A stretch of 64,000 bases of DNA. Origin: Methanocaldococcus indicus. Lineage in GTDB: Archaea > AGJL01 > Methanococci > Methanococcales > Methanocaldococcaceae. The DNA lies in assembly GCF_049554935.1 (NCBI RefSeq), contig NZ_CP186926.1:480001-544000 (forward strand), read 5' to 3'. Below the pieces are notes generated by a model. It ran no database searches. It was not told where the DNA came from and saw nothing but the letters and a program-made list of their open reading frames with translations. The translations under genes and the position numbers were made by a program. Every line of letters starts with the position of its first letter. The first letter of the stretch is position 1. Below are positions 51,410-60,798 of the stretch, piece by piece.

Positions 51410-52723
51410 ATGATAACTATGAGAGTTGTTATATACACTCCAAAAATATATACTTATGGAGCTATGCTAATTGGAGGTATTTTGAAAGAGAAAGGTTATA
51501 AAGTTCATTTATCTAAAAATTTTGATAAAACACTATTTTTAAAAGCTGATGTAGTAATATATAGTTTATACTCAACACTTCATATTTTAGATGATAATAT
51601 AAAAAACTCTATAAAATATTTAAAAAATATTAAAAAAAAGTTAAAGATATATGTTGCTGGATGTGTTTCCACATATCCAGAGATTATTTTGAATGAGATG
51701 GATGTAGATGGAGTTATAATTGGAGAAGGAGAACTAATAACTCCAAAAATTTTGGAAGGAGATAATGAAGGATTAGCTTATAAAGAAGGAGATGAGATAG
51801 TTATTAACTATCCAAAAGAAAAACCTGAGTTAAATCATCCTATTCCTCTAATACCAAATGATATAGGAAAACAGAATATTAGAGGTGCTAATGTTTATAT
51901 TGAGACACATAGAGGTTGTTTAGGAAATTGCACATTTTGTCAAGTTCCTAAGTTCTTTGGTAAAAGTATTAGAAGTAGAGAGATAGATGACATAATAAGA
52001 GAGGTCTTAGAATTTAAAAAAAGAGGAGCTAAGAGAATAGCAATTAGTGGTGGGACTGGAAGTTTATACAACTTTAAAAAGTCAGTTGATAAAAATAAAT
52101 TTTTAGAATTGTTAGAAAAATTATCATCTATTTTGGGAAAAAATAATATATCTGTTCCAGATATGAGAGTTGATTATGTTGATGAGGAAATCTTAGAGGG
52201 AATTAAAAACTATACTATTGGATGGGTGTTTTTTGGATTAGAAAGTGGAAGTAATAAAATTTTGAGAGATATGAAAAAAGGAACTAATAGAGAGAAAAAT
52301 TTAAATGCTATTAAATTGGCAAAAGATTGTGGTGTTAAAGTTGCTGGAAGCTTTATAGTGGGATATCCAACTGAAACAGAGAAAGATTATCTTTTAACAA
52401 AGGATTTTATTGTTGATGCTGAATTAGATGACATTTTTGTTTCTATTGCTGAGCCAATACCAACAACAGAATTAGCTAAATTAGTAGTTGATACTCCAAA
52501 AGAAGAAAATCCAATTTTTATAGAATATAAAAATAATATGAGTTTAGCAGAATATAGATGTTTTGATTTATATCTACATGCTGAAATGTGGAAATCTAAT
52601 CCAAGAATATTAACTAAGCAACTTGTAAATATCTATTTAAATGATGCAAAACAACAAGGAGAAGATATAAGAAAAATTACAAATCTCTTGTTTAAATATA
52701 AAGAATATATTAAGAGATATTAA
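51410..52723 (+). CDS. Cobalamin-dependent radical SAM enzyme, probable MCR glutamine C-methyltransferase
   Basis: N-terminal B12-binding domain and RGCLGNCTFC. The YTYGAM.IGG N-terminus fits the methanogen MJ0865-type family. Confidence 0.75.
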   Translation: MITMRVVIYTPKIYTYGAMLIGGILKEKGYKVHLSKNFDKTLFLKADVVIYSLYSTLHILDDNIKNSIKYLKNIKKKLKIYVAGCVSTYPEIILNEMDVDGVIIGEGELITPKILEGDNEGLAYKEGDEIVINYPKEKPELNHPIPLIPNDIGKQNIRGANVYIETHRGCLGNCTFCQVPKFFGKSIRSREIDDIIREVLEFKKRGAKRIAISGGTGSLYNFKKSVDKNKFLELLEKLSSILGKNNISVPDMRVDYVDEEILEGIKNYTIGWVFFGLESGSNKILRDMKKGTNREKNLNAIKLAKDCGVKVAGSFIVGYPTETEKDYLLTKDFIVDAELDDIFVSIAEPIPTTELAKLVVDTPKEENPIFIEYKNNMSLAEYRCFDLYLHAEMWKSNPRILTKQLVNIYLNDAKQQGEDIRKITNLLFKYKEYIKRY

Positions 52724-52736
52724 AGATTTAAATTTT

Positions 52737-53315
52737 TTATTTTTCCACCCTTTTAATAAGAGGAACAAACTCATAAATTAACTTAGGATTATATTTTTTT
52801 AGCTCATTTATTGTTATTATAGCATAATTATTAAAGTTCTCAAAAAGATTTAAAAGAATAGTATATTTATTATCTGCTTTTAAAATTAGTTTAGCTAATG
52901 TTTTAGCATATATCTCATTATCTAAGTTCTTTATTATTTTAGGATATGCATAAATTGCTACTTTTGAATCTATATTACCCAAAGCTTCTGCTGCTTTTTC
53001 TCTAATTTCTTTAAAATCACTATCTAAAAGCTTTATTAAGTATGGAATATATGGGGAAACAACATCTCCATAATTTTTTCCTACTTTTTCTATAATGTTT
53101 ATGCACAATATTATTATTTCTCTATTTCTTTCAGATGAATATAAATTATCTGAAATTAACTCCTGGAAACTTCTCTCTTTTGTAGATTCTAAAAGTTCAT
53201 ATACAACATCTAAAAAAGGAATAATTTCATCTACCTCTAATTTGTATATCTCTTTTAAAGCATTTATCTTCTCTTCATCTGAATAATTTAAAGTTAATAT
53301 TTTTATATAGTCCAT
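52737..53315 (-). CDS. HEAT-repeat protein
   Basis: IPYLIKLL.....IRE.AAEALG motif. Confidence 0.75.
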   Translation of the reverse strand: MDYIKILTLNYSDEEKINALKEIYKLEVDEIIPFLDVVYELLESTKERSFQELISDNLYSSERNREIIILCINIIEKVGKNYGDVVSPYIPYLIKLLDSDFKEIREKAAEALGNIDSKVAIYAYPKIIKNLDNEIYAKTLAKLILKADNKYTILLNLFENFNNYAIITINELKKYNPKLIYEFVPLIKRVEK

Positions 53316-53327
53316 AATATCTCATTT

Positions 53328-54452
53328 TTAAATTTCATTTAATAAATTTTCAATATATAAATTGAAATCCTCAGTTTCTTTTAAAACTTTATCAATAAAG
53401 TCAGTTGAACAATTTTTTAGCTCAGCTTCTCTTTTAATCTTTTTTAGTTCTAATCTAATCTTAGCCATCTTACTTAATATCTCAATCATCTTGTTGTAAT
53501 CTTTCTTACAAAGCTTTATTTTATTGACATCAATATATTTTAGCTCATTTTTTAAATTTTCAATAATTGCTAATTTTTCCAAAACATCTTCATAATACTT
53601 ATTTATATGTCTAAATACAATTTTAGAAACTTTAAAGAACTCATCTGGCTCATTCCAAAATATATGTCTTAATATATCCAAATCATTTACATCTGCTTTA
53701 TCCTTCCCATTTAGATATGCATAACTCTTAACTGCCTTAACTGATTTCTTTAATCTCCTATCTGATATATACACATGATTCTGTTGAAGAATCTTTTTTA
53801 TATCAATAATATAGCCTAATACACCATCAACTTCAACATATTTAGCTTCTTCTTGCAACTTTTTTAATTTATCTATATTAATGATAGTTTTTGGATTGTA
53901 CTCTTCCTCTAAAAGTAAAAGCTTTTTTAAGTTATTATCTCCTCTAATCTCTGAAACTATCTTCCTAAATAAGAATCTATCATAGAAAGCTAAAAGTTCA
54001 TTCTCCTCAGGGAGTTCATTAGATGCTGAAAATAAACTTATTAATGGAACTTTCTCTATCCTATCTCCATTGTGATATATCCTCTCATTTATTATTGTTA
54101 ATAGTGAGTTTAATATTGAACTATTCGCCTTAAACACTTCATCTAAAAACGCTATCTCGGCTGTCGGTAGATAATTATCTGTTTTCCTTACAAACCTATC
54201 GTTATCTTTCAATTCTTTAATACTTAACGGTCCAAATAACTCATCTTCTGTTGTAAATCTTGTTATTAGTTTTTCAAAATATTTAGCGTTGAAGTGAAAA
54301 GAGATAGCTCTAATTAATTGAGATTTAGCAGTTCCTGGATTACCTAAAAAAATAGTGTGCTCACTACATAATAAAGATGTTAATGCTATATCTATCTCTT
54401 CTCTCCTCTCTATAAAATAGTTATTCAACTCTTCCCTTATTCTATTAAGCAT
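53328..54452 (-). CDS. MoxR/RavA-type AAA+ ATPase
   Basis: G.PGTAKS, RFTT.DELFGP, FLDEVFKA, ASNELP, DRF and ISDRR motifs. Confidence 0.92.
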   Translation of the reverse strand: MLNRIREELNNYFIERREEIDIALTSLLCSEHTIFLGNPGTAKSQLIRAISFHFNAKYFEKLITRFTTEDELFGPLSIKELKDNDRFVRKTDNYLPTAEIAFLDEVFKANSSILNSLLTIINERIYHNGDRIEKVPLISLFSASNELPEENELLAFYDRFLFRKIVSEIRGDNNLKKLLLLEEEYNPKTIINIDKLKKLQEEAKYVEVDGVLGYIIDIKKILQQNHVYISDRRLKKSVKAVKSYAYLNGKDKADVNDLDILRHIFWNEPDEFFKVSKIVFRHINKYYEDVLEKLAIIENLKNELKYIDVNKIKLCKKDYNKMIEILSKMAKIRLELKKIKREAELKNCSTDFIDKVLKETEDFNLYIENLLNEI

Positions 54453-54456
54453 AGTT

Positions 54457-55032
54457 TCACAAATCTATTTTAAATCTTTTTATCTCATCTAAGGACATTC
54501 TATTTTTTAAAAATTCCTTAGGGATTAGATATAAAAATTTTGGCTCATAAACTTCTCCTTTTAAACCTAAAATTACAGCATCTATATCCTCAGGATACTC
54601 TAATTTAATTATTTCATTGAGTGGATAACTTTTCTTATAAATTGGATATACTTTATATCCTTTAAAATAATATCCATCTTCCTTAATTTCTAAACCTTTC
54701 TTTTTTAAATATAAAATAAATGGTTTGAGATTTTCATCAATATTTATAATATTAGAATTAGCTTCTTCATTTTCAATAGGTATCCTTTTTGGAAAATGAA
54801 TAGAAATGTCTCCTTTACTATCAATATACTCAATCTTTATTTTTTTCTTTCTTAAATTCCTTATGAAATTTTTTATTTTCTTTTTAAATATAAAACTTAA
54901 AATAATTATTAGAATAATTAAAAAGATAATAATAAATAAAGGTAAAAATAAAATAAATAGAACTATCAATATAGCCAAAAATACTAAAATAAATAGTATA
55001 AATGTTAAACCACTTATTCTATAAATTCTCAT
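54457..55032 (-). CDS. Membrane-anchored hypothetical protein
   Basis: Very long N-terminal hydrophobic hairpin and a soluble C-terminal domain. Confidence 0.7.
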   Translation of the reverse strand: MRIYRISGLTFILFILVFLAILIVLFILFLPLFIIIFLIILIIILSFIFKKKIKNFIRNLRKKKIKIEYIDSKGDISIHFPKRIPIENEEANSNIINIDENLKPFILYLKKKGLEIKEDGYYFKGYKVYPIYKKSYPLNEIIKLEYPEDIDAVILGLKGEVYEPKFLYLIPKEFLKNRMSLDEIKRFKIDL

Positions 55033-55036
55033 TGTT

Positions 55037-55192
55037 TCACTTAAAAATTATATATAGAATAAATATTACCCCTCCTATAAATACAGCAAGCCATACCCAT
55101 ATATTTATAATAAATAATATTTTAAATAATTTTTCTCTATACTCTTTCTTAGAAAGTATCTTTTTTATTGGGTCTTTACCATAATACTTCAT
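55037..55192 (-). CDS. Small 51-aa membrane protein (not in ORF track)
   Basis: [59 protein letters not shown], 4 nt before the next gene. Confidence 0.7.
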   Translation of the reverse strand: MKYYGKDPIKKILSKKEYREKLFKILFIINIWVWLAVFIGGVIFILYIIFK

Positions 55193-55275
55193 TATTAAAA
55201 ACCTCAAAATTTAATTAGTATTATTTATTTAATTTATTAATATTACTTAAAATATTTTTTATGTATGGTGATTTA

Positions 55276-55791
55276 ATGACAGATATAAAAACATTTGCTA
55301 AGATATTTTTAATAGGATTTTATGAGAACTTAGAAAAAATTATTTTTGGTTCAGGTAGATATACAGATGAAGAGCTAAAAAAAGCTATTTTAGAAGGAAA
55401 ATTAAAAGTTCCTAAAACTGTCTTAGAGGAGTTGTGTATTGGATGTGGTGGTTGTGCAAATGTCTGTCCAACAAATGCCATAGAAATGGTTCCAACAACT
55501 CCTGTAAAGATAACTGAGCACTATATAAAAGACAAAATTCCAAAAATTAACCATGAAAGATGTGTATATTGTTTATATTGCCATGATTTTTGTCCAGTCT
55601 TTTCCATATTTGGAGAAATCTCCCCAATACATCCAAGAGATGTAGGAGAAGAGATTGAAATAAATATATCAAAAATACTAAAAAAGAGAATTACTATTTC
55701 AGAGGAACAAATTAATAGAATTAGTTCTATCTTATCAATAAATTTAAAGAGGTTTTTAGATGAAGGAGATAACAGAGGAAAAACTAAATAA
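55276..55791 (+). CDS. 2x[4Fe-4S] protein, probable energy-converting hydrogenase B subunit EhbL
   Basis: CIGCGGC...CP and CVYCLYC...CP motifs, RYTD and HPR.V. Confidence 0.75.
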   Translation: MTDIKTFAKIFLIGFYENLEKIIFGSGRYTDEELKKAILEGKLKVPKTVLEELCIGCGGCANVCPTNAIEMVPTTPVKITEHYIKDKIPKINHERCVYCLYCHDFCPVFSIFGEISPIHPRDVGEEIEINISKILKKRITISEEQINRISSILSINLKRFLDEGDNRGKTK

Positions 55792-56053
55792 ATACTTTAA
55801 ATTGACAGAGGAGGCAATAAACATTATTAAAAAAGGTCTTCCACCAAAAAGAAGTTTATTGTATGATGTTGCAAAAGATTTTTTAGTTATGATAGAAAGT
55901 TACTACAAAGATGCAAAAGCTTTTAAAGAAAAAGGAGATTATGTTAATGCATTTGCATCATTGAATTATTTGTATGGTTGGATAGATGCTGGTGTTAGGT
56001 TAGGATTATTTGATGTTGGAGATGATGATATAAGATTTACATTAGCTAAATAA
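55760..56053 (+). CDS. DUF357 protein
   Basis: Y..DA..F.EKGD.VNA.A...Y..GW.DAG.RLG motif. Confidence 0.88.
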   Translation: MKEITEEKLNKYFKLTEEAINIIKKGLPPKRSLLYDVAKDFLVMIESYYKDAKAFKEKGDYVNAFASLNYLYGWIDAGVRLGLFDVGDDDIRFTLAK

Positions 56054-57091
56054 GCTCAAATATATAATTAAAGATAAAAGATGTAAGATATAAACAATGA
56101 TACTAAAAAATAAGAATGCTCCTATTGAAACATTTCTATTTGATAACCTCAAAGTTATTAAATTTGCAAAAGATGCAATTAATGTCCCATTTCCTCCAAT
56201 ATTAACTCCATAGGCAATTGGTATCCAATTGTTGTATATGTTAGATAATAATACAGTTGCTGGAACATTTGAGATAATTTGAGATAATAATGAGGAATAT
56301 ATCATTATAGTTATGTCATTTCCTTTAATGTCAAATAATTCTATAATCCCAAGCTTTTTAAGTCCATATATATCTATAAATAAAAATATGAATGTTACTA
56401 AAAATAGATAGTCAATTTTAGGTCTTTTAATAATTATTAAAGCTAAGATTATTGGCAAAATATATAGATAATTAATAACTCCAAAAATGCTAAATATAAC
56501 TAATAAAAATATAAAGATATAGAGAATCCATTCTTTTTTAAATGAAATATTAACATTTATGTTGTATCTATATTTCTTATACTCTAAGAAGAATAAAAGA
56601 ATAAATACACCTAAAATTTCATAAGGAAGCATATTTTTTAAAAATTCCAAAACTCCAATATGGTAGAAGTGATACAAAAATAAATTTTGTGGATTTCCAA
56701 TTGGTGTGAATCCACTACCTATATTAGCAGAAATGCCCTCAAATATTATAAGTTTTTCAAGGTCTTTCTTATCCTCAATACTTTCAAACATAATTAAAGT
56801 TAATGGAACTATAACAAACAAAACAACATCATTTGTTAAAAACATAGACAAAATCAAAGTTAAAAATATAATTGCTATAAAAACTCTTTTTGTTTTTCTT
56901 AATATAATTAAAGAGATATAATCTAAAAACTTAGAAGATTTTAATATCTCAACAACAACCATTAAGTAAAATAAGGATAGAATAGTTTTCCATTCTACAA
57001 TATAGACAATTTGAGATATATTCACGACAAAAAATAACATTAAAATGCCAATGAATATAAAAATTGAGAATATGAGTGTATCTGCTCTCAT
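56042..57091 (-). CDS. Ion-transporter superfamily permease (SLC13/CitMHS/YbiR-like)
   Basis: [25 protein letters not shown] and GGNG...AS.ANL motifs. Confidence 0.88.
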   Translation of the reverse strand: MRADTLIFSIFIFIGILMLFFVVNISQIVYIVEWKTILSLFYLMVVVEILKSSKFLDYISLIILRKTKRVFIAIIFLTLILSMFLTNDVVLFVIVPLTLIMFESIEDKKDLEKLIIFEGISANIGSGFTPIGNPQNLFLYHFYHIGVLEFLKNMLPYEILGVFILLFFLEYKKYRYNINVNISFKKEWILYIFIFLLVIFSIFGVINYLYILPIILALIIIKRPKIDYLFLVTFIFLFIDIYGLKKLGIIELFDIKGNDITIMIYSSLLSQIISNVPATVLLSNIYNNWIPIAYGVNIGGNGTLIASFANLITLRLSNRNVSIGAFLFFSIIVYILHLLSLIIYLSLFS

Positions 57092-57172
57092 ACAAATCCT
57101 AATTTACTAAATATATTAAAAAATATTATTGAACTATTATTAAATTTAGAGAGAATAATTAAATACTTAGAT

Positions 57173-58453
57173 TTATTCTAATTCTTTAAACACATCTTCC
57201 ATAGCCTTTATTGTTTTATCAACAACTTCATCATCATGTTTTATTGATGTAAAGCAACATTCAAATTGAGAAGGAGGAATAAAAATACTTCTCTTTAACA
57301 TCCCCCAGAAGTACTTCATGAATCTATCAACATTGCTTTGCTTAGCAATCTCATAATTCAAAACTTCTTTATCATTAAAGTATATTTGGAACATTGAAGC
57401 TATTTGATAAACCTTAGCTGGAATATTGTATTTATCAGCCAACTCTCTTAAAGTATCTGCCAATATTTTAGCTACTTTCTCTGTTTGTTTGTAAAAATTA
57501 TCATCTAACTGTTCAAGTGTAGCAATTCCAGCTGTTATTGAAATTGGATTTCCATTGAATGTTCCAGCTTGATATACACTACCTAATGGAGAGAAGTTAT
57601 CCATTATTTCCTCTTTTCCTACAATTGCTCCAATTGGGAAACCTCCTCCTAATATCTTTCCTAAAGTTGCTAAATCAGGAACTACTCCAAAATATTCCTG
57701 AGCACCTCCTTTGGATAATCTAAATCCTGTTATAACTTCATCAAAAATTAATAATATGTCATTTTCTTCTGTTATTTCTCTTAAAAATTTTAAATAACCT
57801 TCTTTTGGTAATATACATCCAACATTACCCATTACTGGCTCAACTATTATACATGCTAAATCATCCTTATGCTCTTTGACAGCTCTCTCAACTGCTTCCT
57901 CATCATTGAAAGGAACTAAAATTGTGTTTTTTGTAGTTTCCTCTGGGATTCCTGCTGAGTTAGGTATCCCCAATGTTAATGAGCCACTCCCACTCTTAAC
58001 TAATACATAGTCATGAGCCCCATGATATGCTCCATCAAACTTAATAATCTTTTTCTTTTTTGTATATCCCCTTGCTAATCTTATAGCAGACATTGTTGCT
58101 TCAGTCCCAGAATTAACAAATCTAACCTTCTCAGCACATGGAACACAATCAACTATCATCTTAGCTAAAATAATCTCCTTCTCTGTAGGACAACCATAAG
58201 AAAATCCTTTATAAAGTTGTTCTTCAACAGCTTTAGCAACTTTTTCATTTGCATGTCCTAAAACCATTGGACCATAAGCTAAACAATAATCAATATATTT
58301 ATTACCATCAACATCAAATAAATAGCAATCCTTAGCTTTCTCAACAAAAAAAGGATATGGCTTTATATATCTAACTGGACTATTTACCCCTCCAACTAAA
58401 TACTTTTTAGCCTCTTCAAATAATTTTTTTGATTTTTCTATATTTAATTGCAT
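57173..58453 (-). CDS. hemL: Glutamate-1-semialdehyde 2,1-aminomutase
   Basis: [29 protein letters not shown] and QAGTF.GNP motifs. Confidence 0.97.
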   Translation of the reverse strand: MQLNIEKSKKLFEEAKKYLVGGVNSPVRYIKPYPFFVEKAKDCYLFDVDGNKYIDYCLAYGPMVLGHANEKVAKAVEEQLYKGFSYGCPTEKEIILAKMIVDCVPCAEKVRFVNSGTEATMSAIRLARGYTKKKKIIKFDGAYHGAHDYVLVKSGSGSLTLGIPNSAGIPEETTKNTILVPFNDEEAVERAVKEHKDDLACIIVEPVMGNVGCILPKEGYLKFLREITEENDILLIFDEVITGFRLSKGGAQEYFGVVPDLATLGKILGGGFPIGAIVGKEEIMDNFSPLGSVYQAGTFNGNPISITAGIATLEQLDDNFYKQTEKVAKILADTLRELADKYNIPAKVYQIASMFQIYFNDKEVLNYEIAKQSNVDRFMKYFWGMLKRSIFIPPSQFECCFTSIKHDDEVVDKTIKAMEDVFKELE

Positions 58454-58525
58454 TTTTATCACCATACTTTATTTGATTATTTTTAACATAAAATTACCTA
58501 ATTAATATTTTATACTATTCAGCAG

Positions 58526-59081
58526 AGGTTGTCGAAAAATTATAGGATGGAAAAAATTTAGTAATACTGATAGGTTAGAATATATAAGTAAGTGATAAGA
58601 TATTATGAGAAATTGCGGTTGATAATAAACAAATATCTCTACTTTTTTCTAATTTCTCGTTTAATTTTAGTCTGTCTTTTGTTTCAAATCCTCCAAATAT
58701 CGCTTCAATAACTCCTCTAAGTTTATATATCTCTTCATTAAAAAATTCTCTCGCTTTTTTTCTGAATTTATTTTCTTTACATTTGTGTTTAAACTCTCTT
58801 ATTTTTATTATTGGTTTTATTTCGTTATTAAACAAAAATTTAAGTAATTCAACATTATCATATGCACCATCAGCTAATAAATAATCTGATTTGAAATTAT
58901 TCAATTGTTTTTAACATTTTTAGTAACGTAGTACTATCTGAGCTGTATCCACCACCTCGTTGAGCTATATCTATTGAAATAATTCCATAATCCCTAAAAT
59001 AACACGACAAAATGTGTAATTTCTCCTCCGCTCATATTTTTTAATACTACCTTCCACATTTTTATGTTTTTTCGACAACCT
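58526..59081 (-). mobile_element. Internally deleted IS5-like element, 556 bp
   Basis: Perfect 14-bp TIRs AGGTTGTCGAAAAA (58526-39) and TTTTTCGACAACCT (59068-81). Confidence 0.88.
58575..59030 (-). pseudogene. C-terminal remnant of an IS5-family DDE transposase
   Basis: KLH upstream in a shifted frame, then LADGAYD and Y..R..IEA.F. The N-terminus is missing. Confidence 0.8.
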
Positions 59082-59091
59082 TATTTTATTT

Positions 59092-60702
59092 TTAGTTTAT
59101 TTTTTGACACTCTTCTAATTCTTTATAAGCTTCATCCATAATAATTTTAATTTCATTTTCTGGAATGTTAAATTCTTTTTGAATATATTTTATTCTATCT
59201 TTTAAAGAAGGATGAGTCATAAAAATATTTAAGACACCTTCTTTTGGAATGTACGAAGCAAAGTGTATCTTAGATAATGCTTTAATATATATTTTTGGTT
59301 CAACTACTTTTGTAGCCAATAAATCAGCATCTTTTTCTATTCTCCTAGATATATATCTGCAAATAAGATAATCTAGAAAGTAAGAGATTAAAAATATGCT
59401 CATAAATATTACAGGACCCTCAAAATTAATAACTTTTAATAGATATATAGCAATAGAATAAATGACAGCTCCAATGATTATAAAGCCAATAAATCCAATT
59501 TTTATATGCATTCTTTTTTTGTGTGCTAATTCATGGGCAATTATTGCTTTTAACTCATCATCAGATAAAATTTCCAATAATTTTGAAGTTATTATTAACT
59601 TCTCTTTAAAAAGACCTTCAACAAAAGCATTTGCTACACTACTTTTTATAATCTCAATTTTTTTGAAAGGTTTAACATTTAATTTTTCAGATATTTCATT
59701 AACCATAGTCTTAATCTTGTTCAATTTATCCTTATCTTCCACATAATTTGAAATTTTTAATAATCTTAACACTGAATTAATAATTTTAAAAAATGCTTCT
59801 GCAACAAAATAATAAAATGTTATCCAAAATGCAACTCTTAAAACCACTGGAAGTTTATAAAACTCATTTTTAAATGGTTTTATTATTATATCTGGTATAT
59901 TATATAATATCATTAAAAATATTAAAATCATTGGAGCAAACATCAATAATAAGGATAATGCTACTATTAATGGAGATTTTTTTATTTCTTTTTCAAAATC
60001 TTCCTTATTTTTTGTTGAAAAAAACTTAACCATGTTTTTTGCTGATAATACTGGTGGTAATATAACAAAGAATAGCAGAATAAATATGTATATTAACATA
60101 GATAATTCTAAGCTTATATTTAGTATATATGCAAAAAATATTGGAGCATCACAATATATTAATGTAATTAAAAAAATTCCTGCTATATACAAAGAATATA
60201 TGAACATTGACCTGGTGTATTTTTTCATAACTTTTGATTTTTCTTTTATAGATGTTGCTTTATTTTTAAATAATTTATTTAAATATTTGGTATAATATAC
60301 TACACCAACAATCATTGAAAAAATTCCTAGGATAAGAAGAGATATTGAGAAGTAATTATATGAATATTTAACATCAATAATCCCATTTTTTACTTTATAA
60401 CTATCTATCTTTAAAAAATTTGATGATTCAACTTTATTTACTTTGAAATTTCCTATAGGTGATAAATTGTAAATTAACTGTTTGTGTTCTTTATCTAATG
60501 GAACCTTTAAGTTAAACTTATAAGTACCATTCTCTTCAAACTTATAAATATCTAAATAATTTAAATTATTTATCTTTGCAGATATATTTTTTTCGGAACT
60601 AATTTTTATCCATCCATAATTATCAATATACACACTAACATTAATTCCAAAATTATAGCTAATTACAAACAATACAAGTAAAAAATATAAAATTTTTCTC
60701 AT
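59092..60702 (-). CDS. M48 (HtpX/Ste24-like) membrane zinc protease with extracellular N-terminal extension
   Basis: ANAF, AHELAH, E..AD and THP....RI motifs. Signal peptide and multiple TMs. Confidence 0.88.
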   Translation of the reverse strand: MRKILYFLLVLFVISYNFGINVSVYIDNYGWIKISSEKNISAKINNLNYLDIYKFEENGTYKFNLKVPLDKEHKQLIYNLSPIGNFKVNKVESSNFLKIDSYKVKNGIIDVKYSYNYFSISLLILGIFSMIVGVVYYTKYLNKLFKNKATSIKEKSKVMKKYTRSMFIYSLYIAGIFLITLIYCDAPIFFAYILNISLELSMLIYIFILLFFVILPPVLSAKNMVKFFSTKNKEDFEKEIKKSPLIVALSLLLMFAPMILIFLMILYNIPDIIIKPFKNEFYKLPVVLRVAFWITFYYFVAEAFFKIINSVLRLLKISNYVEDKDKLNKIKTMVNEISEKLNVKPFKKIEIIKSSVANAFVEGLFKEKLIITSKLLEILSDDELKAIIAHELAHKKRMHIKIGFIGFIIIGAVIYSIAIYLLKVINFEGPVIFMSIFLISYFLDYLICRYISRRIEKDADLLATKVVEPKIYIKALSKIHFASYIPKEGVLNIFMTHPSLKDRIKYIQKEFNIPENEIKIIMDEAYKELEECQKIN

Positions 60703-60798
60703 ATTAATATCACCAATAGTTTTATAGATTAAATATTGAATATAATCAAAATTATATATATTATATATATAAGATTACTTAAAAAAGAATGTGAGAGT

